A stretch of DNA of 64,000 nt from the human T2T-CHM13v2.0 reference genome, Homo sapiens. Location of the stretch: NCBI RefSeq assembly GCF_009914755.1, contig NC_060927.1. The stretch is one strand, 5' to 3'. Positions 13,380-27,300 of the stretch are shown here, piece after piece; position 1 is the stretch's first letter; every line of letters begins with the position of its first letter. The position numbers and the translations under genes were made by a program. Below the pieces are notes generated by a model. That model had not been told where the DNA came from. It saw only the letters and a program-made list of their open reading frames with translations, and searched no databases.

Positions 13380-14515
13380 AATTAATTTCTCCCTCTCTAA
13401 CCTTATGCTTCTCTTGTCTTTCTTTTCGCAACTAAAGTACCATTAGAACTTTCTTTCTTAACTGCCTGAGTCCAAGTCTTTTCCTCTCTAAATATATTAA
13501 CACAGAGATCTGATTTCATAAAAATGAATAAATAAGATTTGTGTGTGTGAAATCATTACCCATCTACACAACACTCTTCCAATGGCTCCATTCACTTCCT
13601 GTTAAAGTGCATATTTCTTCTTCCTCCAAGAAGCCTAGACTCATACTTAGCAATTCAACCTGAAGAAGAGCTTTCATTTCAGGTCCAATATTTTACCCTG
13701 TAGTAATATCAATAGGTTTTGTTTGTACTGAACACAATTAATTTTTCCTTTGTTTCTGCTTCTCAGATTAGTTTGCCCTTCTGTCTTTCTTCTATGACTG
13801 ATTCCTTACTCTCTCTGCCCAACTCCTATTCAGTCTTTAATGTTCAGTTCTTATATAAATCACCCAGGAGATCTCTCTAATAGGTGTTGAACTTCCTCAA
13901 TAATTTGTGCATATTTGTATCTTTGCAAACGAATGCTTATGTTTTTATCTTCTCCACTCAAATGCAAGCTCCTGAGAACAAGAACTAAATTAAATTATCT
14001 TGACATCCCTCATACAACAACATTGTCTGGTGAATGATAATCACTCTAGAAATACCATGAAAATGAAGTTAAGAATGGAAATACCACAAACTCAATCAAT
14101 CATATGAGTTATTATTTCTGAGCTACCTGGAAAAATTCTACTCTAACACATTTATAAATCACATTTTTTACTTATGTGAAACCATGTTACTTTTTAAAAA
14201 TTATACCCATTATATCTGAGGTTCAATTTAAAGACCTTTTGTTTAATTATCTGTTTTGAAAATTAGATGAACTGATTATTTTGATTTTTTAAATAAGTGG
14301 ATGATTTCCAGAATCATATGCTAGTCTATATTTTCCAACAGGGCATATTGGCCAAAATAAAATTTTTCTTTGATTCTGAAACTTATACTATCCCAGCAAC
14401 ACCATAATTTTGTCACTTATATGATGCTTTTGTCACTTATACAATATTTGAAGAAGGTTTTGGATTTTAGGTCGGATCTCTACTAACCCTGGAATTCTTT
14501 AAAAATGAATACTTT

Positions 14516-14770
14516 GGCCTGGCATGGTGTCTCACACCTGTTATCCCAGAAATTTGAGAGGCTGAGGCAGAAGGATCACTTAAGGCTAGGAGTTTGAGAC
14601 CAGCCTGGACAGCCTGTCTGTACAAAAACTTTTTAAAAATTAGCTGGACGTGATGGTGCCTGCCTGTAGTTCTAGCTACTTGGGAGGCTGGGGTGGGAGA
14701 ATTGCTTGAGCTCAGAAGGTCCAGGATACAGTGAGTGAAATCCTTCCTCTAAATAAGTAAATAAATAAAT
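14516..14770 (+). mobile_element. AluJ with internal deletions
   Basis: GGCCTGGCATGGTG...GGATCACTTAAGGCTAGGAGTTTGAG...; (TAAA)n tail. Confidence 0.9.
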
Positions 14771-14989
14771 ATCTTTATCAACCTATATTAGTGCAATCTG
14801 TTCCATAGCTTTATTTGTCTAAACTGATCACTCTTTTTTTCCTTTTTTAAAATAATGCTTACCTTTTCCTTCACTTGCTTCATGGAAAACTTTCTCAGTC
14901 TCCTTGGCTGCTCCATTCATTCATTCAACAATTACTTCCTGGGTCCTTCCTGGGAGCTGTCTGTCAGTCCCCCTGCTCACCAGCCACTT

Positions 14990-15690
14990 TCTCCCATATG
15001 TCTCTCTTGTTTACTCCCATGAAGCCATGTTGTGCTGAACAGGGACCTCTCTTCTGAGCTCCAAAACCATATATCCATTTGTTTGCTTTATATCATGGAT
15101 TTCAATTGCTACCTCTGACTCAGCATATTCCAAACTGAACATAGGTTTTCCTCCCCAGTTTTTGCTTTCTTTTCAGTGAATGTCACCATTACTCATGAGA
15201 TATACAAGCCCAAACACTGGGAATAAGTCTTATCATTTTCCCTGTCCTTCATCATCCTATCAATCACCAAATCACATTGACCTTGCCTACTTGATAGCTA
15301 TGTAATCATTCCTTATTTTTATCTCTACTATCACGATCATAGTCTCAGTCACCATTACTTATTTTTTTGCACTACTCTAATTCACTAGTAAATAGTCCCT
15401 AGCATCTATTTTTACTCATCTCCAATCTATTATTCACATGTTTACCCAGTGATCTATTAAATAAACATTCATTTGATCATGTTGCTCTCATGCTTAAAAC
15501 TCTAAATAATTTCCCATTACTTTTAGGACAAGATTCAAAATATTTAAAATGGCCCACAAAGTCTTACCTTCCTTTCCAAGCAATTATTATTTCTCTTCTG
15601 CATCCGGCTCTATGCATCAATCATGAAAACTTCCTTTTGTTTCTCAAAGAATGCTCTTTCTCACCTCAAGGCCTTTGTACACATTTTAAA
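14990..15690 (+). mobile_element. L2 internal/3' fragment
   Basis: ACCTCTCTTCTGAGCTCCA...CAGCATATTCCAAACTGAAC...CTCAAGGCCTTTGTACA. Confidence 0.6.
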
Positions 15691-15929
15691 ATTGCATTTC
15701 TGTTCATATTAAGGCAGAAATAAATTATCCACATGGCTAGAAAACTAAAGCAGCACAAAAATCTGTAAAATAAAAAACTAAAAGCTTTCCTCTCACTCCT
15801 CCATGTCACTCTTCTCCAAATAACCAATGTCATTTGCCTCTTGTATATTTTCCTAAAGTGTGTGTGTGTGTGTGTGTGTGTGTGTATTTTGGGAGACGTG
15901 GGAGAAATGGGTGTGCTCTATACTCTGCA

Positions 15930-17850
15930 ATATAGTACAATGATTAAAATACAAATTTAGGAACTTGCCTGCCGAATTCGAATCCCATTGTCTCGGGATG
16001 TTTAGGGTGTTGGTTTTCCAGCCAGAAACCTCTGTGGCCAGTGGTGCCTTTGCCCAAGTTTTCGCTGAGGCCTGCTGGGCTCATTCTGCCCATTTGGCCT
16101 GGCAGGCTGCACTCAACTCATGCTACCAGCCCAGATCCCACAACTGCTAAGGGTGAGCCAGGCGCAGAGTGGCAAGCAGTGTGTGAGCGAGCATGGGGTC
16201 CAGCCACTGTGCACAGCCAGGCATGCCAGCTGCAGTGGGGTGGGCAGCTGCAGGCACTGGAACAGGTGCCGGCTCCCTGCAAGGCTGCGGCTGGACCAGG
16301 CATACCACAAGTGGCTACCACTGCAGGCACCAGGGAATGTGGTGGCACCCAGAAGCTTGGAGTTGCCAGGAATTGCAGAGCCCCAAAGAGGGAGTCATAG
16401 CCCTGGCTCAGGGAGTTCCTAGGTCTGGGGTCACCGAAGGGCTGCAGTTCTTCTCTTCTTCTCATCACCTGCAACACGGCAAGTAGGGAGTGTGTTTCAG
16501 CCCTGTTTGTGTTACAGCTCTTTCAGTCCCATCATTTGGCAGGTCCTGAGTTCTTGCCCTGTGTCCAGGAGGAATGAGGTATGCGGACAACTGGAGGGTG
16601 AGCAAGGTGGAGAGGTGCCTCATTGAATGACAGAACAGCTCTCAGGAGACCTGAAGTGGGTAGTTCCTTTCCACAGGCAGGTCATCCCAATAAGCACCCA
16701 GCTCTCAGCAGAGAGGATACCCATAGTGGGTATCTCCTTTCTGCAGGCAGATAGTCCCAAGTGTCCAGCTCTCAGTGGAGGGAGACCCAGAATGGGTAGC
16801 TCCTTTCCACAGGCAGGTCATCCAATGAGTGTCCAGCTCTCAGAGAAGAGGGGACCCAGAATGGGTAGCTCCTTTCCACAGGCAGGTCATCCCAACAAGT
16901 TGGGGAGACCCAAAATGGGTAGCTCCTTCCTGCAGCCAGTAGTCTCAATGTCTGCGTGAGTCTGACTGAGTCCAGGATTTTTATGGGCTCAGAAGGGAGG
17001 AAGTGCATGCTGATTGGTCAATGGGTGGCCATGGGCAGGCCCAGAGAAAGCATCATAAGTTCTCATTCTGGGCTGTGGACTCTACCTGGAACTGACAGCT
17101 CAGCCTCCAGGCTTCAGGCCATCCCTGGCTTGAAGAGACCAGGGACCCACCCCTTTCTGCCCAGGAACCCGTCTGCCTCCTGCCATCAACATGTTGTCCA
17201 TGGTGTCCAAGCTGTTTATGCCAAGGGATGCCTGCAGGCCCATGCTGAGCTGCCCTCAGCATCACTCCTGGCCTCTCTCCCACAGTCATCAGTGCCTGTA
17301 GTTAGGAGGGGACTGAGGAAGTGGGGGGGCTGGCATGTCAGCACCACCCTGAGTGCATGCACACTCAGCTGGGTTGTGACAGCACCCAGGCTCGGCCACA
17401 AATTTGCTCCAAAATTGGAGTGGGCATTGGAAGCAGGGAGAGGTCAGGGAGCAGGAGAAGGCACTTCTGATCCTGTGAGGGCAAGGGGGGTTTCCCGGGC
17501 TCCCAAGAGTGCAAGGATGCCCAGGTCAGGAGCCGTGGCTGGGTGGCTGCAGCTGCACCCAGAAGCTTGGGGCTCCCACCCTGCCAACTCAGTAGGGGGC
17601 GTGGCTCCCACCTGTTCCTGCCTCCCACCAGCTCCATAGAGAGCACAGCCCTGGATGCCCTTCCCCTGCTGCAACTGGCATCCCTGCAGTGGCTGCTCCA
17701 GACAGGCTGCTGGGAGCATCACCATCTCTGCCACAAACTTGGCTTGTGACCTTAGGAGCAAGTTACTTATTCATTCTGGGTCTTAATTTCTTTATCTGTA
17801 AAATGAAAAATCAGTGGGCTCTGCTTTATAAGTTGTGAATTAAATGAATA
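15930..17850 (+). mobile_element. MIR split by the MER52 insertion (15930-15988 plus 17722-17850)
   Basis: TTCGAATCCCAT joins CTCTGCCAC...TGTGACCTT...GCAAGTTACTT...ATCTGTAAAATG to rebuild the MIR core. Confidence 0.75.
15989..17721 (-). mobile_element. MER52 (MER52A-like, ERV1) solo LTR
   Basis: Minus strand starts TGATG...CCTGTCTGGAGCAGCCACTGC; GC-rich; internal GGAGACCCAGAATGGGTAGCTCCTTTCCACAGGCAGGTCATCC repeats; 4-bp TSD CCAT (15985-15988 and 17722-17725). Confidence 0.88.
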
Positions 17851-19971
17851 TATATACACACACAAAAAAAAATACACAGAGCCACATGTAGCTGATGCTG
17901 ATTCTGCCCATAGCTGAGTATATTTATTTTGTTAATGTACACTAAACTTCAAAAATATCTATAGAATAAACACATGGGCCTAACATTTCTACTGCAAGAT
18001 GGTCCCAAATCCAAATCCCGTTTATCACTGAGCCTCCAAAGGCTCAGTCTAACTGGTGGTTATATTCTGGGTTAGCTAACAATCAGAAAGGTCTGGACAT
18101 TTCCTTTACCAGCAATGTATACTTACTTTAGCAAATAGGTACATGTCCTTTTGAGAAAGGAAAATGGAAACATTATAAAACATATTATTGATGCTGCTAT
18201 TATGGCTTTTTCTCAAAGTGGCTGGTCCTCCCCTTCATTTGTGAGCTTTGAGTCTAAGAACTGTCCCAGGACTCAGTAACTGTCTACTTACTAAGAGGCT
18301 TTGGGGATTTATTATTGTGGGTCGAGTCAGTTCTCTGCTCACCAGGTGAGTTACATGTCCCAGACAGAATCTTGGTGAAATCCTATGATCCACTTAGGAA
18401 GCCTATGATCAATTAGCCACTACCTATGATTTCTGTAGATAAGACCATTATGAGAATTACTTTGGCTCTGCTGCTTGTTATGGTAACTACACCCCTTCTG
18501 CCATGCTGAGATTCCTGCAGTGTCTCCCACTAGCTTCTTCAACCTGTAAAAAACCTGCCACTTCACACTTTTTAAGCACTTTGGTGCTTTTCTCACCAGT
18601 GCATTTATCATGAAGACATAAGTTTCTGTCAACCCCTTTGAGGGGACACAGGGAGTGGGTTCATTGGTCACATATGGCACATATGATCTAAGACTTAGAG
18701 TGCCTTCCTTTGCCATACACTGATTATTTTTCTCATATCAACTTTATTCAGTGTGGATCACCATTGAATATAGTTTTTAGTCAACTGAGTGTTACTGCTG
18801 TTCAAGCTGTCATGATGAATTCCAAATCTCTGATGAATTCATATATATTGATGAATCTGACTGATGTAAAATTATATATTGCACCTTGGTCTAGCACTTT
18901 GGAATTCTATTGTCTCAGATATTCTCTATGTTTTGTCTAGAAAAATTATCAAAGTTTTGCAATTTCTTTGCTAGTAAGCTTTCTCTTTCAAGGTACAATT
19001 TGTGTTTATGACCAAGAGCCACATAGGGATTGATTCTACTTACAGGTCTAGGAATTTTAAAGATGGTGGTGGTAAGGCATAAAAAGACTTAACTTCCCAT
19101 TACATTGTCTTCAAGCAAAGGAGGAACAAATTCTACAATAGACTGGAGATAAGGTGTTGCTTCTGCTAGCGAAGCATTCTCAGTGGAATCTAGGAATTTT
19201 GGATAGTCTGAGTCATCTAAAACTCTCCCATTTCAATTAATGGAGACCCATTCTTTCCTAAAGAATGTCTTAATTTTCCAAAGGAGACTTAGTGAGTCTG
19301 TGAATTCATTCTAGGTTACCTCATGTGGCAAATTATCTATTCCTTCCCTTGTGCACCATGGGCTACCCAAATCCTGTCCCTAGTGCTAGTTAGTTTTCGA
19401 AGCCATCGGCACCTATCTAATCCAATCTTAGTTTTCCTTAGTTCCATGAAGTGTGTTGCCCACACATTTTTTGATAGCCATTTCTGGATTACTCAAAGCT
19501 CTTAGTTTTATACAACAAAAGTTGAACCTGGGTGTTATTTTAAACATGATTTTTCCTTTTATTATATTTTGCATTGGGTTACTTTTTGATCCAACCTATT
19601 GATTTTTGTAGCTCTTTGTTTTAGCTGCTATTCCAATATGCAATTATTATATATGCAAACATTGGTAGTTTTCTCTTCCCCTTCAGTGTTTATGTCTCAT
19701 TCATTTCTCTTGTATATTTGCTTTTGCTAATATTTACAAAACAATTTATTTAATGGATGTACATAATGGAGGTATTAGTGGGCATTCTTGTAGTGTTTGT
19801 GCCTTCTACAATTGGCTCACTATTAAGTTTATTGATGCTGACTTTTGGATTGAGGGAGATACATATGCAATAATAATTATAATGATTTCAAAGGTATCTA
19901 TACTTACTCTACTAAAGATGTTTATGAAGTACAGGCATACCTCATCTTATTGTGCCTGACTTTATTGCACT

Positions 19972-20356
<385 letters not shown>

Positions 20357-21779
20357 GATCCAATATTTTTTTCAAATTAAAGATTTGCAGCAACCCTGCA
20401 TTGAGCAAGTCTGTCAGCACCATTTTACAAAAGCATGTGCTCTGTATCATACTTTGATAATCCTCATAATATTTCAAGATTTTTAATATTATTATATCTG
20501 TTATGGTGCTCTGTGACCAATTATCTTTGATGTTACTATTGTAATTGGGGGACATGACAAACTGTGTTAATATTAAATGGTGAACTAATCAATACATGTA
20601 TATGTTCTGACTGCTCTACCAGCTGTTCCCCTATCTCTTTCCTGCTCCTTGGATGTCCCTATTCCTAGATAAAAAATATTGAAATTGGGTCATTTAATAA
20701 CCTTATGATGGGAAAAAATGAAAGATAGGAGGCAGGACTAACTTCCAGCTCCCATTCTGACAGACAGAGTGGTGTGTAGAGACTCACATTGTGAATTTCT
20801 GCTCCAAGAACCACACAGGAACATACCAGGGAAGCCAACAGAATCCATAGACCTTTTGAAAGGGTGGATTGTCACTGCAGGCTCCATGGGACAGCGAGGA
20901 ACTGTGAGTCAGCTTACTTTCTCAGCTGGGAGGCTCGTAGCCTGGGGCAAATTCTCAGCCTTGCTCACCAGCTGCCTGGAAATAAACTTGGTGCTGTTGA
21001 GGGGGCATGGTGGGAGTGAGACCGGCCTTTCATGGTGTGAGCTCTGTGGGAGCTGGGTGAGGCCTGTGGCTGCCAGCTTTTCCCACTTCACTGGCAACCT
21101 GTGTGATGCAGCAGAGGCAGCTATAATCCCCCTGGGAACATAACTCCATTGGCCTGGGAACCACACCCACATCCCCCACAGCAGATGCAGCAAGGAGAGT
21201 CTGAGCTCAGACATGCCTAACACTGCCCCTACCTGATGGTCTTTCTCTAGCCACCCTGGTAGCTGAAGAGAAAGGACATAACCTCTTGGGAGCTCTATGG
21301 CCCTGCCTACAACCTGAGAAACCTGAATACGTATCCAAAGGCAACACTAGGGAAAATTTGTATCCTCCCTATACTACCGCAGCTGATGAGCTCTTGAAAG
21401 AGCCACCTCCTGGCTGGCCACCAACCAACACAAAACTGGTGCACTCAACAAAATACAACTTAGAACCCTCACAGAGTCCACTTCACTTTCCTGCTACCTC
21501 CACCAGAGCAGGTGCTGGTACCCATGGTTAAGAGACCTGAAGATGTATCACATCACAGGATTTTTTGCAGACACTCCCCAGTACCAGCCCAGAGCCTGGT
21601 AGCTCCACTGGGTGTCTAGACCCAGAAGAGAAATAACAATCACTCCAGTTTGGCTCTCAGAAAGCCCCATCCCTAAGGGATAGGAGAGAGCATCACATCA
21701 AGAGAGGAGCCCGAGGGACAAAAGAATCTGAAGAGCAGCCCTTGAGTCCCAGACCTTTTCTCTGACATAGCCTACCCAA

Positions 21780-22790
21780 ATGAGAAGGAACCAGAAAAAC
21801 AATTCTGGTAACACAACAAAACAAGGTTTTTTAACACCCCCCAAAAAATCACACTAGCTCATTAACAATGAATCCAAACCAAGATGAAATCTCTGAATTG
21901 CCAGAAAAATAATTCAGAAGGTTGATTATTATGCTAATCAAGAAGGCACCAGAGAAAAGTGAAGCTCAGCTTAAAGAAATAAAAAAAAAAGGATACAGGA
22001 TATGAATGGATAAATCTCCAGTGAAATAGATAGCATAGATTAAAAAAAATCACAACTTCTGGAAATGAAGGACACACTTAGAGAAATGCAAGATGCATGG
22101 GAAAGTCTCCACAACAGAATGAAACAGGTAGGAGAAAGAACTTCAGAGCTTGAAGACAAGGCTTTCAAATTAACCCAATCCAACAAAGGCAAAGAAAAAA
22201 TAATTTAAAAAATGAATAAAGCCTCCAAGAAGTTTGGGATCATGTTAAATGACCAAACCTAAGAATAATTGGTGTTCCTGAGGAAGAACAGAAATCTAAA
22301 AGTTTGGAAAATGTATTTGAGGGAATAATCAAGGAAAATGTCCCTGACCTAGCTAGAGATTCAGACATCCAATACAAGAAGCTCGAAGAGTACCCAGGAA
22401 ATTCATCACAAAAAGATCATTGCCTGGGCACATAGTCATCAGCTTATCTAAAGTCAAGACAAAGGAAAGAATCTTAAAGCTGTGAGGCAAAAGCATCAGG
22501 TAATCTATAAAGGGAAACCTATCAGATTAACAGCAAATTTCTCAGCAGTAACTCTACAAGCTAGAAGGGATTAGGGTACTATCCTTAGCCTCCTTAAACA
22601 AAACAATTATCTGTCAAGAATTTTGTATCCAGTGAAACTAACCTTCATAAATGATGGGAAGATACAGTATTTTTCAGACAAAAAAATACTGAGAGAATTC
22701 ACCACTACGAAGTCAGCACTACAAGAACTGCTAAAAGGAGCTCTAAATCTTGAAACAAATCCTCAAAGTACACCAAAATAGAATCTCCTT
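21780..22790 (+). pseudogene. L1 ORF1 remnant
   Basis: Starts MRRNQKNNSGN; contains stops and frameshifts. Confidence 0.85.
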
Positions 22791-22868
22791 AAAGCATAAA
22801 TCTCACAGGACCTATAAAACAATAACACAATGAAAAAAAGAAAACAAGGTATACAGGTAACAAATAGC

Positions 22869-24263
22869 ATGACGAATAGAATAGGACCTCACATCTCAAT
22901 ACTGACATTAAATTTAAATGGCCAAAATGCTCCACTTAAAAGATACAGAATGGCAGAATAGACAAGAATTCATGAACCAAGTATCTGCTGTCTTCAAGAG
23001 ACTCATCTGACACATAAAGACTCACATAAACTTAAGGGAAAGGGGTAGAAAAACATATTCCATGCAAATGGACACCAAAAGCGATCAGGAGGAACTAATC
23101 TTATATCCGACAAAACAAATTTAAAAGCAACAGCAGTTAAAAAAGACAAAGAGGGACATTATATAATAAAAAAAGACTAGCCCAACAGGAAAATATCACA
23201 ATCCTAAATATATATGCAAGTAACACTGGAGTTTCCAAATTTATAAAACAATTACTACTAGATCTAAAAAATGAGATAGATGTCAACACAATAATAGTGG
23301 GGGACTTCAATACTCCACTGACAGCACTAGACAGGTCATCCAGACAGAAAGTCAACAAAGAAACAATGAACTTAAATGATACCTTAGAACAAATGGATTT
23401 AACAGATATTTACAGAACATTCTACCCAACAACTGTAGAATATACATTCTATTCATCAGCACATAGAACATTCTCCAAGATAGATCATATGGTAGGCCAC
23501 AAAACAAGTCTCAACAAATTTAAGAAAATTAAAATTATAGCAAGTACTTTCTCAAACAACAGTGGAATAAAATTGAAAATCAACTCCAAAAGGAACCCTT
23601 AAAACCATGCAAATACATGGAGATTAAATAACTTGCTCCTCAATGATTGTTGGGTCGAAAATGAAATCAATAATGAGATTTAAAAATTCTTTGAACTGAA
23701 CGATAATAGTGACACAACCTATCAAAACATCTGGGACACCAAAAGCGGTGCTAAGAGGAAAGTTCGTACATTAAATGCCTACATCGAAAAGTCTGAAACA
23801 GCACAAATAGACAATCTAACATAAAATCACACCTCAAGGAGCTAAAGAAGCAAGAATGAACCAAACCCAAACCCAGCAGAGAAAAAGAAATAACCAAGAT
23901 CAGAGCAGAACTAAATGAAATTGAAACAAAAAAAAATACAAAAGATAAATGAAATAAAAAGCTAGTTCTTTGAAAAGATAAATAGAATTGATAGACCATC
24001 AGCAAGATTAACCAAGAAAAGAAGAGAGAAGATCCAATTAAGCTCAATTAAAAATGAAATGGGGGATATTACAACCAATACAACAGAAATACAAAAGATC
24101 ATTCAAGGCTACTACAAACATCTTTACATGCATAAACTAGAAAACTTAGAGGAGATGGATAAATTCCTGGAAATATACAATCCTAGATTAAACCGGAAAG
24201 AAGCAGAAGCCCTGAATAGAGCAATAACAAGCAGCAAGATGGAAGTGGTAATTTAAAAGTTAC

Positions 24264-24306
<43 letters not shown>

Positions 24307-27300
24307 AGGACCAGAAGAATTCACAGCTGAACTCTACCAGACATTCAAAGAAGAATTGGTACCAATCTCAATGAAACAATTCCAAAAGACAGAGAAAGAG
24401 GAAATCCTCCCTAGATCATTCTGTGAAGCCAGTATCACCCTAATACCAAAACAAGGAAAACACATAAAAAAAAAAGAAAAGAAAACCATAGACCAATATC
24501 CTGATGAACATAGATGCAAAAATCCTCAACAAAATACTACCTAGACAAATCCAACACCATATCAAAAAGATAATCCACCATGATCAAATGGGTTTTCATA
24601 TCAGGGATGCAGGGAGAGTTTGACATATGTAAGTCAATAAATGTGGTAGACCACATGAACAGAATTAAAAACAAAAATCACTTGATTATCTCAATAGACA
24701 CAGTAAAGGCATTTGACAAAATCCAGCATCTCTTTATGGTTAAAACCCTCAAAAAATCAGCATAAAAGGGACATAACTTAAGGTAATAAAAGCCATCTAT
24801 GACAAAACCACAGCCAACATTATACCAAATAGGGAAAAGTAGAAAGCATTCCCCCTGAGAACTGGAAGAAGACAAGGATGCCCACTTTCACCCACTTCTA
24901 TTTAGCCTAGTTCTGGAAGTCCTAGCCAGAGCAATGAGACAAGAGAAAGAAATAAAGGGCATCCAAATCAGTAAAGAGGAAGTCAAACTGTCACTGTTTC
25001 CTGATGACACGGTCGTATACCTACAAAACCCTAAAGAGTCATCCCAAAAGCTCCTAGAACTGATATATGAATTCAGCAAAGTTTCAGTTTACAAAATTAA
25101 TGTACACAAATCAGTAGCTCTGCTATACACCAACAGTGACCAAACTGAGAATCAAATCAAAAAGTCAACTCTTTTACAATAGCTGCAAATAAAATAAATA
25201 AAATACTTAGGAATAAACCTAACCAAGGAGGTGAAAGGCCTCTACAAGGGAAACTATAAAACACAGCTGAAAGAAATCATAGATGTCACAAACAAATGAA
25301 AACATATTCCATGTTCATGGTTGGGTAAAACCATTATTGGGAAAATATCATACTGCCAAAAGCAAACTACAAATTCAATGCAATTCCATCAAAATACCAT
25401 CATCATTCTTCACAGAACTAGAAAAACATTCTCAAAATTCATATGGAACCTAAAAAGAGCCCACATAGCCAAAGCAAGACTAAGCAAAAAGAACAAATCT
25501 GGAGGCATCACACTGCCCTACTTCAAATTATGCTATAAGGCCATAGTCACCAAAACAGCATGGTACTGGTATAAAAATAAGCATATAGATTAATGGAACA
25601 GAATAGAGAACACAGAAATAAAGCCAAATACTTACAGTCAACTGATCTTTGACAAGGCAAACAAAAACATAAAGTGAGGAAATGACACCCTATTCAACAA
25701 ATGGTGCTTGGATAATTGGCAAGCCACATGTAGAAGAATGAAACTGGATCCTTATCTTTGACCTTATAAAAAAATCAACTCACGATGGTTCAAAGATTTA
25801 AATCTAAGACCTGAAACCATAAAAATTCTACAAGATAACATTGGAAAAACCCTTCTAGACCTCAGTTTAGACAAATACTTTATAACCAAGAACCCAAAAG
25901 CAAATGCAACAAAAACAAAGATAAATAGATGAGACTCAAACTGAAAAGCTTCTGCACAGGAAAAGAAATAATTAGCAGAGTGAACAGATAACCCACAGAG
26001 TGGGAGAAAATTTTTGCAAACTATACTTCTGACAAAGGACTAATATCCAGAATCTACAAAGAACCTAAACAAATCAGCAAGGAAAAAACAAACAATCCCA
26101 TCAAAAAGTGGGCTAAGGACATGAATAGACAATTCTCAAAAGAAGATATACAAATGGAAAAAATGAAAAAATGCTCAACATCACTAATTATCATGGAAAT
26201 GCAAATCAAAACACAATCTACAATGCGATACCACCTTACTCTGGCAAGAATGGCCATAGTCAAAAAATTTTTAAAAACTAATAGATGTTGGCATGGATGT
26301 GGTGAAAAGGGAACACTTTTACACTGTTGGTGGGAATGTAAACTAATACAACCACTATGGAAAACAGTGTGGAGATTCCTTAAAGAACTGAAAGTAGATC
26401 TACAATTTGATTCAGCAATCCCACTACTGGGTATCTGCCCAGAGGAAAAGAAGTCATTATACAGAAAAGATATTTGCACATACATGTTTATAGCAGCACA
26501 ATTTGCAATTGTAAAAATACAGAACCAGCCCAAATGCTCCTCAACCAATGAGTAGATAAAGAAAATGTGGTATGTGTATATATATATATATGGAATATAT
26601 TATATATGGAATATATATATATGGAATATATATATATGGAATATATATATATGGAATATATATATATTTGGAATATATATATATGGAATATATATATATT
26701 TGGAATATATATATATGGAATATATATATATTTGGAATATATATATGGAATATATATATATTTGGAATATATATATATGGAATATATATATGGAATATAT
26801 ATATATTTGGAATATATATACATGGAATATATATATGGAATATATATATGGAATATATATATGGAATATATATATGGAATATATATATGGAATATATATA
26901 TGGAATATATATATGGAATATATATATGGAATATATATATGGAATATATATATGGAATATATATATGGAATATATATATGGAATATATATATGGAATATA
27001 TATATGGAATATATATATGGAATATATATATGGAATATATATATGGAATATATATATGGAATATATATCTTCGGAATATATATATGGAATATATATCTTC
27101 GGAATATATATATGGAATATATATCTTCGGAATATATATATGGAATATATATCTTCGGAATATATATATGGAATATATATCTTCGGAATATATATATGGA
27201 ATATATATCTTCGGAATATATATATGGAATATATATCTTCGGAATATATATATGGAATATATATCTTCGGAATATATATATGGAATATATATCTTCGGAA

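Noticed and set aside
15965-17761. Many overlapping GC-rich ORFs (up to 227 aa)
   Set aside because: All lie in the MER52 LTR; stop-poor GC-rich sequence.
18343-18352. Consensus splice donor CAG|GTGAGT
   Set aside because: No convincing matching acceptor or reading frame; isolated donors occur by chance.
18809-18864. C/D-box snoRNA-like motifs (ATGATGA, CTGA, TTGATGA, CTGA)
   Set aside because: Too short, with almost no C'-D guide spacing; better explained as degenerate TGATGAAT repeats.
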